Notes: a model not told the origin generated them from the letters alone. A stretch of 63,463 nt of DNA, filler included, from Craspedostauros australis (GCA_030167865.1; 9 parts of 9 records of this genome joined end to end with filler, not necessarily neighbours in it); one strand, 5' to 3'; positions 30,829 through 42,921 are shown, counted from the whole stretch's first letter. Program-made: numbers and translations.

Positions 30829-33498
30829 ATGAGACCGCAAGGAAGCCTGCTCGTCCCACGTACTCGCGCTGGAGCCGTCGCGTTGGTGGTGCTCTGCCTT
30901 CTCCTCATCCCCAGCCTTGTGAGCTGCTTTCTCCAGGCTGTTCCGAAGTCTAGCTTGGATTGCGCAGGGCAGCGCCATTCGAATCCATCCAGTATCATCG
31001 GAACATCAAGATCGCATCTCAGCGCAACCACTCGAAGCACGATCCCCGACCTCGTGAGCTATGCAGCGTATTGGGACCGGCTCTTATTGGAAGAGCACGA
31101 ACATCAGGCGAAGGAGCTGCGCGAACGGCAATCGAAATGGTCGAGATCCAGACTGGAGGAGCTTGGAATTGCCATCTTGGATGCATTTGCTGAGCCCGAT
31201 TCCGAGGTGCTGGGGGAGAAGATCGTCCGCATCATCAAGCCAAGAGACGCGTGGGTGAATTTGAAGGAAAAGTTCTCAAGGGGCGACATGCTCCTGCTGA
31301 CATGCTTGAGAACAGACCTGGACGTTTTACCGAAGGAGTGTCTGGTGATCGATGTTGGAAGGGGATGGCTGACAGTCAGCACAGGCCCCGCCTGGCCAAA
31401 AGGCCTCTGGGAGTCGCGAAAGTTACCGGAGTCTTATCCCGTGAGGATGGATCGGACTGCTCCCGAAGCATCGTTGATTGCCCAACGGTCCGCTTTGCAG
31501 CAAGTCCTGAAGGGGCATGGAGGCAAGGTCGTCAATCATCTGATACAGTCGATGGAGGCAGCAGGCCAATATACTCGCAGTGATGGTTGGAGCAAGATGC
31601 CCGGGAAAACGCAGAAGTCGCAGCGACATGCCTTACCTGACATCGAGAGGAGGGCCGGGAATCAGCACAGCAGCAGCGACGATGATGGCCACGACAGCGA
31701 CCCCATCGATGCTACTTCGAAGCAGCAGCAGCAGTGGAAGGATGCACTGGAGAAAGCCATTGAGCAAACGTCGTTCCGCCCGAACGAATCTCAAAAGCAG
31801 GCGATTGTTTGGTCGCTCCAGCGCAACCTCTCGTCGATCCGAGGTCCACCAGGAACAGGGAAGACCCGGGTGGCGGCCTTGATGATCTCAACGTACCTGA
31901 AATTCCACGAGATGCAGCACAGCAACGGCACAAGTAACAGCAGCAAAAGGGTTACATCGCGAGACGAGAAACAGGCAGATAGCGCCGATGGACGCAATGG
32001 AGGAGGCAACAATGAGAGGAATACCGGCAGTGGTGGCGACGGTGATGACGCGGATAGCATGCCGCGAGTTTTGGCCGTCACCCACAGCAATGGTGCGGCG
32101 GATGTTCTGTTGAGCGCGTTGCTCCAAATGGGAGTGCCTGCGGTGCGTGTCGGGCGGCCAGCATCGGTGCATCCGAGTGTGCAACATCGCACGATCGTGG
32201 CCTTGGCGGAGCGACATCCCGAGCTCAAGCGCATACGCAAGGATGCACGCGACATGGGCATTCCAGCCAATGTCCGTGCCACGGCAGAGCACGAAACCAA
32301 GCAGCGGCTCCAAGATATTCAGACTTCCATCCTGCAGATAGCCCCTGTGGTCGTGGCGAGTTGCATTGGTGCGCACCAGATCGTCGAGCAACGCTTGAGT
32401 GACCTTAGCTTCCCGCTGGTCGTCCTGGACGAAGCCGCGCAAACAACGGAGCCTGCATTGGTGTGTGCGCTGGCTGCCGCTAAGGCGGAGCAGATGGTGA
32501 TGGTCGGCGACACCCAGCAACTCCCTCCAACCATATCGGCGTCCCACCTCCGCAAGTCTCTCGGCGTCTCCCCGATGTCACGTTTGGAGAAGGCCGGTCT
32601 GGGACAGCGGACCCTCGCAATGCAATACCGCATGGCACCGGCGTTGCTGGAGCATCCGTCGAAGTATTTTTACAACGGCATTGTGAAATGCGCCCAGGAG
32701 ACGGTGGACGCAGCAATCAGACCACCCAAAGGATTCCCATGGCCAAAACGCGGCAGAGAGCACCTGGCATTCGTCCAGGTCGGACCGGACATGGAGATAA
32801 CGCATAGTTTCGGTGGCAAATCTAACACGGCAGAAGCAGTGTTGGTGACGAGGATCGTTCAAAATCTTGTGACAGCAAACGACGTCGAGGCAAAGCATAT
32901 CGCTGTCATCAGTCCGTACGCCAAGCAGGTCCAGAAAGTACGGTCGCAATTGGCTCTTCATCGGCTCAGCGATGTTCGTGTTGGCACTGTGGATTCCTTC
33001 CAGGGGCAAGAAACAGAGGTTGTGATCATCTCCGCAGTAAGATCGAACATGTTCGGCGAGCTCGGGTTCTTGCGAGATTCGAGACGGCTGTGCGTCGCCA
33101 TCACAAGAGCGAAGCGAGGGCTGATATTGGTGGGCGACGAGCCCGTGCTGCGAGGCAGCCACCATTGGGGCGCCTTGCTAGATGCTATCCGAGAACGGAA
33201 TTGCGTCATTGATGCGCGTGATCTGGACCCGTACGTCAGGAATGAAGGAGCGGGCAAAGAGGGTGCTATGATGACGGAGAAAGAAGAAGAATCGCACGAT
33301 GATGACGCATCGGCCGATGGATTGACTGGCGAGCAGAGAGAAGCTGCCAAGACGAACGAGGGCAACAATACTGCAGACTCCAAGGCAAACATGGAGGCTG
33401 CCGTAGCACAAGCGTTGGCCGAATTGCTGAACGACGATGCTGAGAACGAGGACAGCGAGAGCGAAGAAGAGCTGTTTGGTCTGTTCGAAAAGTTGTGA
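30829..33498 (+). CDS. UPF1/IGHMBP2-like superfamily 1 helicase (DNA2/NAM7 type), probably plastid-targeted
   Basis: Motifs GPPGTGKT, HSNGAAD, LDEAAQ, VGDTQQLPP, QYRM, TVDSFQGQE, VAITRAKRGL. N-terminus is a signal peptide (VALVVLCLLLIPSLVSC) with Phe at +1 and a Ser-rich transit-like segment. Confidence 0.9.
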   Translation: MRPQGSLLVPRTRAGAVALVVLCLLLIPSLVSCFLQAVPKSSLDCAGQRHSNPSSIIGTSRSHLSATTRSTIPDLVSYAAYWDRLLLEEHEHQAKELRERQSKWSRSRLEELGIAILDAFAEPDSEVLGEKIVRIIKPRDAWVNLKEKFSRGDMLLLTCLRTDLDVLPKECLVIDVGRGWLTVSTGPAWPKGLWESRKLPESYPVRMDRTAPEASLIAQRSALQQVLKGHGGKVVNHLIQSMEAAGQYTRSDGWSKMPGKTQKSQRHALPDIERRAGNQHSSSDDDGHDSDPIDATSKQQQQWKDALEKAIEQTSFRPNESQKQAIVWSLQRNLSSIRGPPGTGKTRVAALMISTYLKFHEMQHSNGTSNSSKRVTSRDEKQADSADGRNGGGNNERNTGSGGDGDDADSMPRVLAVTHSNGAADVLLSALLQMGVPAVRVGRPASVHPSVQHRTIVALAERHPELKRIRKDARDMGIPANVRATAEHETKQRLQDIQTSILQIAPVVVASCIGAHQIVEQRLSDLSFPLVVLDEAAQTTEPALVCALAAAKAEQMVMVGDTQQLPPTISASHLRKSLGVSPMSRLEKAGLGQRTLAMQYRMAPALLEHPSKYFYNGIVKCAQETVDAAIRPPKGFPWPKRGREHLAFVQVGPDMEITHSFGGKSNTAEAVLVTRIVQNLVTANDVEAKHIAVISPYAKQVQKVRSQLALHRLSDVRVGTVDSFQGQETEVVIISAVRSNMFGELGFLRDSRRLCVAITRAKRGLILVGDEPVLRGSHHWGALLDAIRERNCVIDARDLDPYVRNEGAGKEGAMMTEKEEESHDDDASADGLTGEQREAAKTNEGNNTADSKANMEAAVAQALAELLNDDAENEDSESEEELFGLFEKL

Positions 33499-34995
33499 AC
33501 TGCAAAGCCGGCGATATCAGAGAAAGAATCGGAGCGGTGCGTATGGCATGATATGTGGCGGTCAGTGCACGAGTACGCTCATGATATCGTACACTGCTAC
33601 GCGCATGATGCAATAGAAACAAGACAATAATATAATACATTCGTGTAGCGAATCATTCCAGCGATTGTACGTTGTGGCGCGAGCAGTGCGCAACCTCAGA
33701 AGACCGAGATTCCAAGGAGGGAACGACCGTTGAGGTTGTGTGGTTTGCCCTTGGTGTAGTCGCAGGATGATCTCTGAATAGCAGCGTCATGAGGTGCAGA
33801 CAAACGCAAAGCCCAACATAGGCGCATGCACCGCATCCGAGTAGATGCACTCGCTGGTGCGGCTGTCTCTCGTTGACCCAGCCTCTCACTTCATCCGGAG
33901 TCGGCACCAACGCAACGCAACAGGATTCATCGTATTGCAATGGTACGAGTATGTATTATACAAACGACTATACTATGAGAGGGTGCCGATCATGCTCTCT
34001 GCTCCCATTGTGCGGCTGCTCCGCGCTGAAAGTCCAGCACTGTGCGCCATGCACCAGACAGCAACGGCACAACATGACAATGCGACCTACTCTGCAGCAG
34101 AAGTTTCCAATTGTTTGTTGGTGACACCATCGCCATTCCTCAACAGTGATCCCTGTTCTCTCGCACTCTCCAAATCATGTGTCTTGATGTGGATGGAAGT
34201 GTCAAGATCCTTTGAATCTTGAACAGTTGCACCGTGTTGTTTCCCGATCTGTTTCGACCGCGACAGAGGTGCGACATGACAATGCATTCCGCGAAGCTCC
34301 AATGACGAAGCAAAGACATGGTGCACTGGACAGATGTTCGCAGCAGATTCCGCAATTGCCACCACGTCACCACCACAACATCTGCCAAGAATCACGCAAC
34401 CAGTGACACGTACGTTCTGTCATTTGCACAATTGGTGGTAACAGGCACGCGTGGAGCAGTACGCACTCAAGTACCGCACGTACAACATTACTATTGTTTC
34501 TACGTGAAGATAGACAAATGACGGTTCGCGTCGCGCTTCAATCCACCTTCTGTCACTCGACCGGACGCAATCGCGACGCCTATTAGTAGTAAGTGCTTCA
34601 CGAAACCGCAACAACCACAGAACAGGGAGAATGATAACAACAAAAAGGCTGACCACAATGCTTCACTTTGCTCGGTCAGACCAGTGCGTGACGAGACAAA
34701 ACACAAGAATTCGATTCCGCACAAAAAGAGACGAACCCAAGAAGAACTAAACGACACACAACCTGATCTCTTGACTCCGACCAACCACACCATCGCTGGA
34801 GATACTCACGCTCGCAACCATACCCATACTCGAACTCGCAGACAGAATCCTCCGAAGCAAGACACATCCACTACCACTCACTCGCTCACTCACTCATTCA
34901 CTCGCAGCAGCAGCAGCAGCAAAGGCAAACACAACAAGGACAAGCACAAGCTCGAACTTGGGCCCAAACTCGAGCGCAAGAACAGAATCTCGACA

Positions 34996-35589
34996 ATGAA
35001 TCCGGATCGATGCTACGCACCTCCACCGCCGTCCTGCGCAGCCATTCCAAGCAGCGGCAATCGCAATCGCGACACCATCGCCACTGGCGGCAGCAACATC
35101 GGCAGTGTCAGTGATTCGATGGATTCCGCTCTCACCGAGCACCCCAACTCTCTAAATCAGCTTCTCCAGCACGGACGGCAGCACCAGCATCAGCAATACC
35201 TGGACCAGCAAGGGTGGCTGCCCATGATGCTTCACGCATCGCCGCCAATGCCGCTTTCGGCGTCAACAGCATCCCAGATGGAGTGCAGCGACCTCGATAG
35301 CGGCATGGAAAGTGACAACGAACCCGCTCGCGCAGGATCGCACAGCCGCAGAATCGCTAGCGTCATTTCGGATGTGTTGGAGATGACGCGCATGGATGAT
35401 CTCGAGCAGATATTCATGCCANCCGAAGTCGCGAGAAGCAACAGCAGTTCCAGCAGNGTANTAGCCGCTCGCAGCGTTGGTTCCATCGCACTTCCATTCA
35501 CGCCCACGCGGCGGAGGCAGACACAGCGATGTTCCTCCCATAATGAGCATGACGACGTTACGAAGTCACCGTCCAATTCCAAGCAATGA
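34996..35589 (+). CDS. Small disordered protein with acidic amphipathic motif (SVISDVLEMTRMDDL)
   Basis: ATG follows a CA-rich leader; 197 aa, Ser/Pro/Gln-rich; AT-rich 3' flank; three ambiguous bases. Confidence 0.55.
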   Translation: MNPDRCYAPPPPSCAAIPSSGNRNRDTIATGGSNIGSVSDSMDSALTEHPNSLNQLLQHGRQHQHQQYLDQQGWLPMMLHASPPMPLSASTASQMECSDLDSGMESDNEPARAGSHSRRIASVISDVLEMTRMDDLEQIFMPXEVARSNSSSSXVXAARSVGSIALPFTPTRRRQTQRCSSHNEHDDVTKSPSNSKQ

Positions 35590-36472
35590 ATCTGGCTCAT
35601 CGGAGCAAAGTTACCAGAGTAGAAAAGAGGATAGCACTCTATTGTACAATACTATAATATAATACTATATTATATACTCCTCTCTACCCGTGAGACACAG
35701 CACTTCTGCAGCGCACCCAGTGATGTGGAAGCGTTCATCCCATGGTGGTCGCACCGATACAAGAGTGCATCAATTCCCNNNNNNNNNNNNNNNNNNNNNN
35801 NNNNNNNNNNNNNNNNNNNNNNTTAATTAATTAANNNNNNNNNNNNNNNNNNNNNNNNNNNNNNNNNNNNNNNNNNNNTTGATGGGTGTGTTTTCTGTTG
35901 TCAGTATTTCCCACCTGTTTGTGGATCTCTGTTGTTGCGAACATGAATGAGCACGGCGAACCCTGTGTTGTTCCTGTCCATAAATCTGACAAGTGCGCTA
36001 CTGAGCTGTACTGACCAATCACAAACCAGAAGAGAGGAAACGTCGACGCAAACTTCTCCAATCAAACTTCACACATTGCCAATGACCCACGTCATCGTCC
36101 CATCCACCCAATTCCTCTGCTGACTCCGTCGCACACATCATCTCACTTTCCCATGTCAGAAGATTCCAAACGAAACAAAACGGATGCGGAGTCGAAATGA
36201 ATGCGAAACGGAAATGGTTCACGTGATGATTCGCAGTCATTCGATGTCTCCATCTCTGATGTGTGGTGTTGTTGTACGTTGGTGCGTGTTGTTGATGGTG
36301 TGAACATGTACCAACTCCGTGCAACCCCACCACATCAAACAGGAAACACACGACAGCACCACACTCCAAACCAAACATCCACTTCTCACCTCCATCCTCT
36401 CATAAAATCAACAACTTGACCAACACTCGATCAATCCAACCCACAACACACAAACCACACCCAACAACAACC

Positions 36473-37102
36473 ATGAAGTTCACCGCCACCCTCATCGCTG
36501 CCCTCGCCGGTTCCGCCGCCGCCTTCGCCCCAATCCAGCAATCCACCTCCGGATCCGCCCTCAAGGCCACCGCCGAGCTCCCAGGCGCCATCGCCCCAGT
36601 CGGATTCTTCGATCCACTCGGATTCGCCGACAAGGCCGATGCCAACACCCTCAAGCGTTACCGCGAGGCCGAGCTCACCCACGGACGCGTCTCCATGCTC
36701 GCCGTCATTGGATTCCTCGTCGGAGAGAAGGTTGAGGGATCTTCCTTCCTCTTCGATTCCCAGATCAGTGGACCAGGCATCACCCACCTCTCCCAGGTNN
36801 NNNNNNNNNNNNNNNNNNNNNNNNNNNNNNNNNNNNNNNNNGCCGAGACCCGCCGTGCCGAGATGGGCTTCGTTGAGCCACAGGCCGTCCCAGTCGACCA
36901 GGCTGGACTCATGCGTGAGAACTACACCCCAGGCGACATCGGTTTCGATCCACTTGGCCTCAAGCCAGAGGACCCAGAGGAGCTCGCCATCATGCAGACC
37001 AAGGAGCTCCAGAATGGACGCCTTGCCATGCTCGCCGCCGCCGGTTTCATCGCCCAGGAGCTTGTCGATGGAAAGGGAATCATTGAGCACTTCACCGCCT
37101 AA
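36473..37102 (+). CDS. LHCX: Light-harvesting complex stress-related protein LHCX (LI818/LHCSR family), Lhcx1-like
   Basis: AAA|FAP presequence, then GFFDPLGF…KRYREAELTHGRVSMLA, VEGSSFLFD..ISGP.ITHL, PGDIGFDPLGLKP and QTKELQNGRLAMLAAAGF..QEL. Strongly biased codon use. An internal 43-N stretch hides helix 2 but keeps the frame. Confidence 0.96.
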   Translation: MKFTATLIAALAGSAAAFAPIQQSTSGSALKATAELPGAIAPVGFFDPLGFADKADANTLKRYREAELTHGRVSMLAVIGFLVGEKVEGSSFLFDSQISGPGITHLSQXXXXXXXXXXXXXXXAETRRAEMGFVEPQAVPVDQAGLMRENYTPGDIGFDPLGLKPEDPEELAIMQTKELQNGRLAMLAAAGFIAQELVDGKGIIEHFTA

Positions 37103-40045
37103 ATGGTTTGATCGTGCTCTGCTCTGGAGTATTCCACGACATTCCCTTTACCACCAAGTCAAGCCAAGCGGATTATGCATCGCTGCTTGATCATGAAGCA
37201 GTGATATTGATCCGATGAGAGATGCTTGCATTCCAATACACCCGCACCCACCAATACAGAGACTAAATTTAACCTTTTTTCTTTTTCAAACACAACACAC
37301 TCATCCAGTCCTTTTTCGTTCGCCGACAGTGTCTCTCTCTCTGGATATGGACGAACACTCACAATCGTTGCCACTGTGGTCCATCATTTGTTGGCATACC
37401 CGTAGTCCTTCCATGCATTCCATGCGACTGCTTACATTCGTGCCCCCAGCGACATAACGCAGATGTGAGTACCAAGGAACTTGCACGCCAAAACAGGCAA
37501 AGATCTGGCTGTGAGGAGGTAAACGAGGACACACTGATAGTGGATGAGGAAGCAAATACAATCAATGGTAATTGTTCTATTTATTGTATAATTTTCCACC
37601 CGTCAATGTAGTGTGATATCTCTGATATGGTATTCTTCTAGATACCAATACTCGTGTTCGCGGTTCGTCCAGGTGTCACGAACGCGAGCTAGATGCTTGT
37701 GTACAGGATTTCCCAGTGAGTCTATGAGGTGTGGTACAGGTGACCTGCATTCATGATACAGTAGAACAGAGCGCTTTACTGCAGAGTACTCTATTCCAGA
37801 GTTGATGGCTACCCCTCCACTCCACTGTTCGCCCTTCCGAAGCTCCCAGAGCCATGGGAGCGTGAGAGGATCGGGAAGACTCACATGCACAACAGGCCCA
37901 CACCATCAAAGTGCGGATGTCTGGGGCGTGTTCGAGCAGCAAGGAGATGGTACAAAATCACATGTGTGGACTGTTGACTCGTGACAACATCACAAAGTCT
38001 CCATCCTCCGCGCACAGGGACGGAGGATTCAAGCAGAGCGGCGTTCCAAGGCCACGAACAATGTGCCGAGCGGGCTCTGCCGGACTCCATGTATGGGGCC
38101 AGAGGTGGCAACATCTCACGCTGGGCTCTCGTTTTGGCCACCGGAGCGCATGCGATACTGCACCGTTCCTGCTTCATCGAAGCTCCGTGTTGTAGGTCGC
38201 GTGGTGTTTGGGGTGTGTCGCGACAGCTGTCCAATCATGTGACGCAACATGCTCTGCTTGAACGCTACACGCGCCGACATGCGATCGTACCAACACCATT
38301 TGAATGTACAAAGAAATGTAGATGAATGCACAGCAGAGTACTAGCTGCACCAAATGTAAAATGGGTCACGATAGTACTAGTTGTGGAGTTTTGTTGGTGA
38401 TGAGTCGTGGTAAAGTAGACTAAAATAGAGCACACCCAAAACCATCCAAATTACTGCTTATGATGTTATATCTTGACACCATATAGTTTAAAATTAAAAC
38501 TAGACAGTGCATTCGGACGCTTGGCTATCGCTTATTCTGAATATCGAAGTTAAAATTGTATGAACTTTATTTTTAATGTCGTTTTTGTTTGCTGTCAGGC
38601 AGGTGGTGGGTGGCAAAAAATTCGGGGTGCCACCATGCTGCCCTACCTTCAGCACCCATGATCATCATTATCATCCCTGACATTTTCACAATCTGCGCAT
38701 CACATTGGCTCCGCACACCCCCCATCTATCCACTCCATGAAGGACAGAAAAATCTGGGCGCATTGGATATCCCAAAGGCTCCCTGCACTGAAACGCAGAA
38801 TTTTCGAACACCCGATTCCAACACGGATGCCGTTCGTATTTGGATCCGTATCTCATCGATACGATTGTTGCAGCTCCTCCACATGCCCCTCATGCGTTCC
38901 CACATTCTCTGGCGACACACTGATGTGTTCAGAATGGGTGGGGCGTTCATACCTCCAAAGGTACATCTCCATGTGATGATGCCACCATGGAGTTTTTTCG
39001 ACACCCCAAAAAATCCCTTTTGTGTGCATCCCAGGCTGAAGCCTCTTCCAGACCTTTGTTTTTTCCGGCGCCTCATGAACCGATCCCTGAGTTAACTTTG
39101 AACACATCTTGAATGGGTGGCTTGGCGATCTGGGTGACTTGTCAATGGCACCCATCACCGGCGAAGTCACGTAATGTGTCCGCCGCCACCCACCAAAAAA
39201 CTCTTGCCCGCCACTCGTTTCTTGCGGAGGGCACCTTCCAGGCCACCCCCGACCCTCAAACTTCGTGTGCATCTTCATGGCATCCTCTTGGATGCATCTT
39301 GCCCATCCATGGTCGTTGGAATGGCCTGTGCATTCCAGGCAGAGACCATATCCAACGAGCAGATTTTCCTCCGAATTGTGTCGTTTGCGCGTGGGCCTGC
39401 GACGGCCCCAAATCAACCAAGATGGCATCCCCCTCTCACTCATCTACCAAACTTTACATGGCGGTTCCACCTATGCGCTCATATCTTGCACAGGACCGCT
39501 GGTTATCGCAGTGCCGTTGATGCCGTTCGACGGCGCTTGAGGAGTTTTGTTGTGTTTCTCCATTGTCGTGTTGTTGTGTTGTGTTTGGTGTTCTCAAACA
39601 GTTTTTGCTGTTGGGGGCCATGGAGATTAACCACAATTCTACCGAATATGCCCAACAATGGGAATACGTTGCGAGTCCCGTAGTGCGGATCCATTCCACA
39701 ACAACAAAAATCTCCTCACAAAGTCGACAGCAGAAACACTGCGCATCTGGGACGACCTGCTGTTGATTCTCTGCTGCTTGTAGCCATTGGTTGTACAACA
39801 ATGTACAATGACTATGACTATCCACATGAGAGAGAGTGGATGATACAATGCACCTTGTGACCATCCAATGTTGCCCATGTCTCCTGTGATGCGCTGCGCC
39901 GTGCTGTGCTGCGATGGCTGATGATGCGGTGCGCTGCGTTGCTGTCCTCGTGATTCTGGTGTGTGTTGCGACGCGCCTTTCAACTCAACTGCAGCCTCCA
40001 TCAACACAGTACACATCATCCTGCAATCACTGTGATATTGAGCTC

Positions 40046-41640
40046 GCAAGCATGATGCTCGCTGGTGACTGTGTGAAGGTGTCATCCCACACGGACGCAC
40101 GTGGCAGGGTTCACGACCTCGGTGTGTGCCATGTCCAGTCGCTGATGAAGCTGACTGTTGAGGGCGCTACCGTCAAATGTGATGGGCCTCTTGCACCAGG
40201 AGAGGTGGAGATGGTCATGGTGACCCCAGTGATGTCCAGAGGGCACATGTACATCATTCATGAGGATCTGTGCAAACCACACAGCCTCGCTACCTTCGCA
40301 CGGACTCCAAACGCTGGTGGCCTTGCTAAGCCTTCCCTCCTTTCTCCCCAGTATCACTCTGTCGCTGCCACGCGTGCCAACAACAAGGCTAAGCCCCCCA
40401 CACCATCCCCAACTACCACGGAATCGCAAGAAGCCAACATCGCGGCTTTTCTTGAGCTGGCACGAGAGCACAGGACAGCAGCCATCGCCCGTCTCACGAA
40501 GCAGATGGAGAAAAGCGCAACAACGAAAGGATGGATGCGAAAGGATGGAGGGCGTAGCAACACTAAGACCACCAATAGGAAGAAACAACTTGGCAGAGAT
40601 GAACAGCAAAACTACATCGTTCTCTACTTCAATTTGGGTGCGATCCCAGCCAACACGAAATTGATCGCCCACGCATGGGATGTTGACCGCACCACTGTTG
40701 CCCGGAATATCAAGAATTTCCAACAGAACAAACTGGGACGGAAGAAGCGCAGCGACGCGGGCAGCACCATCTTCACCTGCCCCAAGAAGCAACAGCAATA
40801 CTTCACGCCGCGTGCCATCTTCGCAAAGCAAATGCGGCTTAAACATCCAAGACAACGGTTGACGACTGATGAAATTTCTGATGCCTTTGACCATGCTTCT
40901 CCTGAGGAGCTGGCATCCGCAAAAGCCCTGTCTGATTCGTGGTTGGAGCGCGGTCCGTTCCTGCAATTTGAGCTCCAGGATGTGTTGGAATGATGCAATG
41001 GCGCAATCTCGTGGGACGATGTTGCACGTGAACTAGCAGGAAGGGGCAACGTCCAATGCGTCTGCAAAGACACCATCCGAACATACGTGATGGGATTGGA
41101 GGGCAGCGAATACCGTTCTACAACAATGCTCCCCAAGATCAAGGGCACCACGAAGGCAAAGCGCGAGATCTGGGCCAAGGACTTCTGCGTGTTCTGGGAA
41201 TCAGCGCAGCTGTTCCTGAATACGCAAGTTGTTGTTGTCCACATGGACGAGAAGTGGTTCTACTCCATTGTCACTCGCAAGCATTTCAAACATGTGCCCC
41301 AGATGGGAGTTAAGCCTGTTGACCATGCTGTGCACCACAAGTGCCACATTGAAAAGACCATGGCAATTGCATCAACAGCGTTCGCCCCAACAGATAACTG
41401 CTTTGCACAAGGAGGAAAGGCGTATCGGGTCAACTTCGAACGTGTTGGGCGTATGGCTCCAGCGCAAAAGACTACGTACAAGCGAACTTGGGTCTCGCCA
41501 ACCAAGTACAAGCACATTCATGATCCCAAGAAAATCTCTCAGGAGAAGGGTGAACTGTACTTTCAACCACTGGAGATCACAGGCAGCAAGGAAACAGATG
41601 GTCATGGTGATAAGCCCAAGCCGAAGTACAACCAGTTAGG
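40046..41640 (+). mobile_element. Tc1/mariner-superfamily transposase, inactivated (in-frame stop, 3' truncated)
   Basis: HTH-like IAHAWDVDRTTVARNI…GRKKRSDAG. TGA at 40991-40993 is followed by in-frame continuation (CNGAISWDDVARELAG…) to VVVHMDEKWFY, the first catalytic Asp motif of mariner-like elements. Similarity is lost near 41640, before the second catalytic Asp. Start uncertain. Confidence 0.8.
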
Positions 41641-42552
41641 ATTCGGGCGTAGACGGCGCGAATCGGTGGAGGATGCCTCTTGGATCTGCCGGCTTCGGGA
41701 TAGCCGTGTGATGCAGTTCAAGAGAGGTGTACTGATTGAAGAGTTGTTACTGTAACGATGAGTAGAAAAGTGCTTTGTAGCTAATCCTTGTCTGTTGATT
41801 ATGAGTTAGCTTGTAGCGTTAGTAGGATGAAGAAACGATGCCACACAGCTTGGTGAGACCCTGCACTGATGTACTTGGTTCAGTGCTTGAGGGAAGATGA
41901 TCATAACAGTGCCTTGCTCTCCACACATGTAGATACACTGCGGTGTAGGCCATGACGCATGTTGGCGACAGTCATGAAGCAGTGGCTGTGGCTGGAGCTG
42001 ACCCTCGGATTCCATTGCTCAAGTTGAAGCAAGTTGGATACACACATTAAGACTACAGCAGTGGTGCAGTTGTTGGCAAGTTCCGCTCACGGTAACCTAC
42101 GATCGTGGAAGATGGTGTTGGTTGATAGTCGTCTGTTTGCTATTTCATTAGTTGGCTACTCCAATCCTCTTGGTGTACGCCCGTTCTCTTGCCCGATGCT
42201 CTCGGTGCTTCAATCTGTTTCATAGATTCAGTCTCCGACTATGAGTCGGTACGCGAGATGCTCTCTCACTCCTCTTCTGTATTCTCTCTCTCTCAACATC
42301 GTGTGCTCGTCGCGCACGATACTTCGTGTTCGATACGTACTCCGTATTCGACACTCCGTTCATTCAGTACTGGCTCCTACTCCATGAGTACTCGCCATTT
42401 GAAGTTTACCTTCTGTATCCATGATGATGATGTCCTTCGGTCATCGGATCTTNNNNNNNNNNNNNNNNNNNNNNNNNNNNNNNNNNNNNNNNNNNNTTAA
42501 TTAATTAANNNNNNNNNNNNNNNNNNNNNNNNNNNNNNNNNNNNNNNNNNNN

Positions 42553-42921
42553 ATCGAGACCCGCCTGACGAACATGTCCATTCGTACAATGCGCTTGTTG
42601 AATGCAACTTGCGGCGAAATCATCGCAACAAGGTGACAGCAGTGCTGAGTTCCCTTCCGACATGGTCGCGGCCACTGGCCCTGTTTGGAGAGATGCTGAT
42701 GAGAACAAGCAAACGTCGTGGTCCAATGTTTGAAGAGGGTCTAATGGGTACAATGGATCCTACGAGCGAGACTTTCAACATTCTGCTGCAGGGCAGTGAG
42801 ACGTTGAAACAGGCGTGGGATGACAAGAGAGAGGATCGGCTCGTCCGAGTTGATGATGCTTCTGCTTGCGGTGTGGAAAAGAAAGGCACATCGATGATTG
42901 ATGCGATCCTGCATTGCCTTG
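42553..42921 (+). repeat. 369-bp direct repeat identical to 47044-47412 (terminal redundancy of contig 42553-47412)
   Basis: The contig start ATCGAGACCCGCC…GCATTGCCTTG matches the contig end; offset 4491 bp. Confidence 0.95.

Noticed and set aside
41636..42298. LTR inserted into the mariner transposase (GTTAGG…TCAACA)
   Set aside because: No intact 5' TG, no TSD, no clear PBS or PPT, and no second copy in the window.
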